IMG/VR virus record: IMGVR_UViG_3300032247_000689
Coordinates: 31,816 to 95,815 of that record
Length of the DNA stretch: 64,000 bases
Origin: a virus
Taxonomy: Duplodnaviria > Caudoviricetes
Direction: 5' to 3' (one strand)
Shown here one piece after another: positions 62,468 through 64,000 of this stretch. A model generated the notes under the pieces. That model was not told where the DNA came from. It made no database searches and was given only the letters and a program-made list of their open reading frames with translations. The stretch's first letter is position 1. The number at the start of each line of letters is the position of its first letter. Position numbers and translations under genes: made by a program.

Positions 62468-63250
62468 GTGTCAGAAGTTATTAGTGATGCAGAGCTTGTA
62501 AACAAGTTTGCACAAAAAGCGATGGAGGCGCCTGAGTCCGCAGTTAAGACTCAGGCCCCTTCAAAGCCAGAAGTTAAATTACCAGGCGGCTTTATCGAGA
62601 ACGGTGAGGTTGTGAAGACCGTAGAAGTACGAGAGCTTAATGGCGTTGATGAAGAGGCGATTGCCAAAGCACCAACAACTGGCAAAGCACTTAATCTTCT
62701 TCTACAACGCGGTTTGGTAAAAATTGGTTCACGAGAAGCAACTTACGAAGATTTAGACCAACTACTATCGGGTGACCGAGACGCCATTCTTGTAGGCATT
62801 CGCAGAGTTACCTTTGGGAATACCGTTGATTTTGCTGTTCAATGCGAAAGCTGCAGCGAAATACAAGAGGTATCCGTAGACCTATCAGAAGATGTTCCTA
62901 TGAAGGAGCTTGATGGTGAAAGAGCTTGGACAGTTAAAACCAAGAAAAACACCATTGATGTTTCTCTACCAACAGGGGCAACACAAAAGAAGTTATTAGA
63001 GAACTCAGATAAAACAGCGGCAGAAATTAACACCATCCTGCTATCTGGCTGTGTTCTTTCAGTAAATGGAATGCCTTCTATGGGCGCAAGCACTGTTCTT
63101 AATTTAGGAATGGCGGAGCGCGCAAAGGTAGTAGAAGAGATTATTAACCGTATCCCAGGCCCACGCCTAGGGGAGGTGGTTAAGACTTGCAAGGCATGCG
63201 GTGAGAAGATGTCAACACCGTTGAGTCTTGTTGACTTGTTTCGTGTATAG
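62468..63250 (+). CDS. Tail/baseplate-hub assembly chaperone (T4 gp26-like)
   Basis: VRELNGVDEE, LLSGDRDAIL..IRR.TFG, CxxC pairs. Confidence 0.75.
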   Translation: MSEVISDAELVNKFAQKAMEAPESAVKTQAPSKPEVKLPGGFIENGEVVKTVEVRELNGVDEEAIAKAPTTGKALNLLLQRGLVKIGSREATYEDLDQLLSGDRDAILVGIRRVTFGNTVDFAVQCESCSEIQEVSVDLSEDVPMKELDGERAWTVKTKKNTIDVSLPTGATQKKLLENSDKTAAEINTILLSGCVLSVNGMPSMGASTVLNLGMAERAKVVEEIINRIPGPRLGEVVKTCKACGEKMSTPLSLVDLFRV

Positions 63251-63389
63251 CGAACAAGACTACGAGAACTTGCAAGACCAGTATGAGTTCCTTACCAGAA
63301 CGTTTACTGGGTGGTCTTTAACAGAGATTAGAACCCTTCCTGTTAGAGAACGAATGAATTGGATTGAACGAGCAAAGAGAGGTAGATAG
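63243..63389 (+). CDS. Short downstream chaperone segment (gp51-like), +1 frame; not in the ORF track
   Basis: GWSLTEIRTLPVRERMNW motif. Confidence 0.6.
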   Translation: MYSEQDYENLQDQYEFLTRTFTGWSLTEIRTLPVRERMNWIERAKRGR

Positions 63390-64000
63390 TGGACGACCCA
63401 AAGCGCGGCCTGAATCTGGTCAGTAGCACCGTTGCCAATATCAAGAACGACCTGCTCGGCCTTGCCAGCGTTATTGAAAATCAGGTACTGCCTAAGATAA
63501 ATAAGATGGCATCTGGTCTTCAAGGTGCTCGCCTTCTTGGCCCTAATGGCCAACCTATCTCTAGTGGTAATAAGGTTTCTGAAAACGGAGCTAAAAGCTC
63601 AACAACTCCAGAGGTAGACCCAACTACTTCTGGAAACAATAAAGTTTCTAGTAATGGAACTGAAGCCGCTAAAGGCGGCGGTGGCGGAAATGCATTTGCT
63701 CAAACTGCTGCTGCTTTTGGCGGATTCTTTGGTGGAGCTAATTTAGTTGCTAGCGCTATGCCAGGGGCGGCAACTGCTGTAAGACAGGACCTACTTACAA
63801 ACCAATCTGCTTTTTATGGGCAAGGTGGATTTGGCGGGGGTCTTCAACAACAGACTTCAGCTGTTCGTGCAATGCAAAATGCTTTGGCTAAACGCGGTAT
63901 TGCAACTAACTCAATGGATACAACCAACGCTCTTGCTATGGCACAAAGCTTAGGTTTATCAGGAGCAACTAATTTTAATCAAGTAATGCAGGGTGCAGCT
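63389..64000 (+). CDS. Tape-measure protein, N-terminal part (runs off the window)
   Basis: GTG with SD GAGG; open to the window end; Ala/Gly/Gln-rich; follows tube and chaperone genes. Confidence 0.7.
   Translation, partial: MDDPKRGLNLVSSTVANIKNDLLGLASVIENQVLPKINKMASGLQGARLLGPNGQPISSGNKVSENGAKSSTTPEVDPTTSGNNKVSSNGTEAAKGGGGGNAFAQTAAAFGGFFGGANLVASAMPGAATAVRQDLLTNQSAFYGQGGFGGGLQQQTSAVRAMQNALAKRGIATNSMDTTNALAMAQSLGLSGATNFNQVMQGAA

Noticed and set aside
1-64000. Alternative genetic code / stop-codon reassignment
   Set aside because: Core genes are full length in code 11, and all three stop codons are used as terminators.

Overview
This is a 64-kb segment of a large contractile-tailed (myovirus-type) dsDNA phage that almost certainly infects Actinobacteria. 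The host evidence is a WhiB2-like regulator, leaderless TANNNT-N6-ATG promoters, and exact matches to actinobacterial parS and DnaA-box consensus sequences. Layout: (i) 1-7.1 kb, + strand: small proteins, a nucleotidyltransferase/HAD/TGT-like operon and a class II ribonucleotide reductase. (ii) ~7.2-18.25 kb: a compositionally distinct, entirely minus-strand island of early/host-takeover-type genes (DenV-like glycosylase, MoxR-VWA pair, DUF3846, DUF932, acidic and ArfA-like micro-proteins), depleted of GGCC and AGCT sites. (iii) 18.3-33.3 kb: small accessory, lysis and virion genes plus WhiB/transglycosylase. (iv) 33.4-64 kb: morphogenesis genes (terminase, portal, scaffold, major capsid, collagen-like and Gly-rich fibres, sheath, tube, chaperone, start of tape measure). 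The most striking unexplained signal is in the non-coding DNA of the island. A modular intergenic cassette recurs 4-5 times. It consists of a terminator-like hairpin, a perfectly Watson-Crick, covarying T/Y-shaped three-way-junction element with invariant TGTTTGTGTTG...CAACACAAACA ends, two different 11-bp-periodic box arrays (TCTCAG, MprA-like; ATAAC, MtrA/GlnR-like) and a GGAAT-N18-GTT ECF-sigma-type promoter. Individual copies are flanked by an exact parS site or a pair of DnaA boxes. A tandem pair of ~160-nt structured RNA-like units (9013-9338) is a second unannotated element. All family assignments come from motif recognition by eye; no database searches were run.
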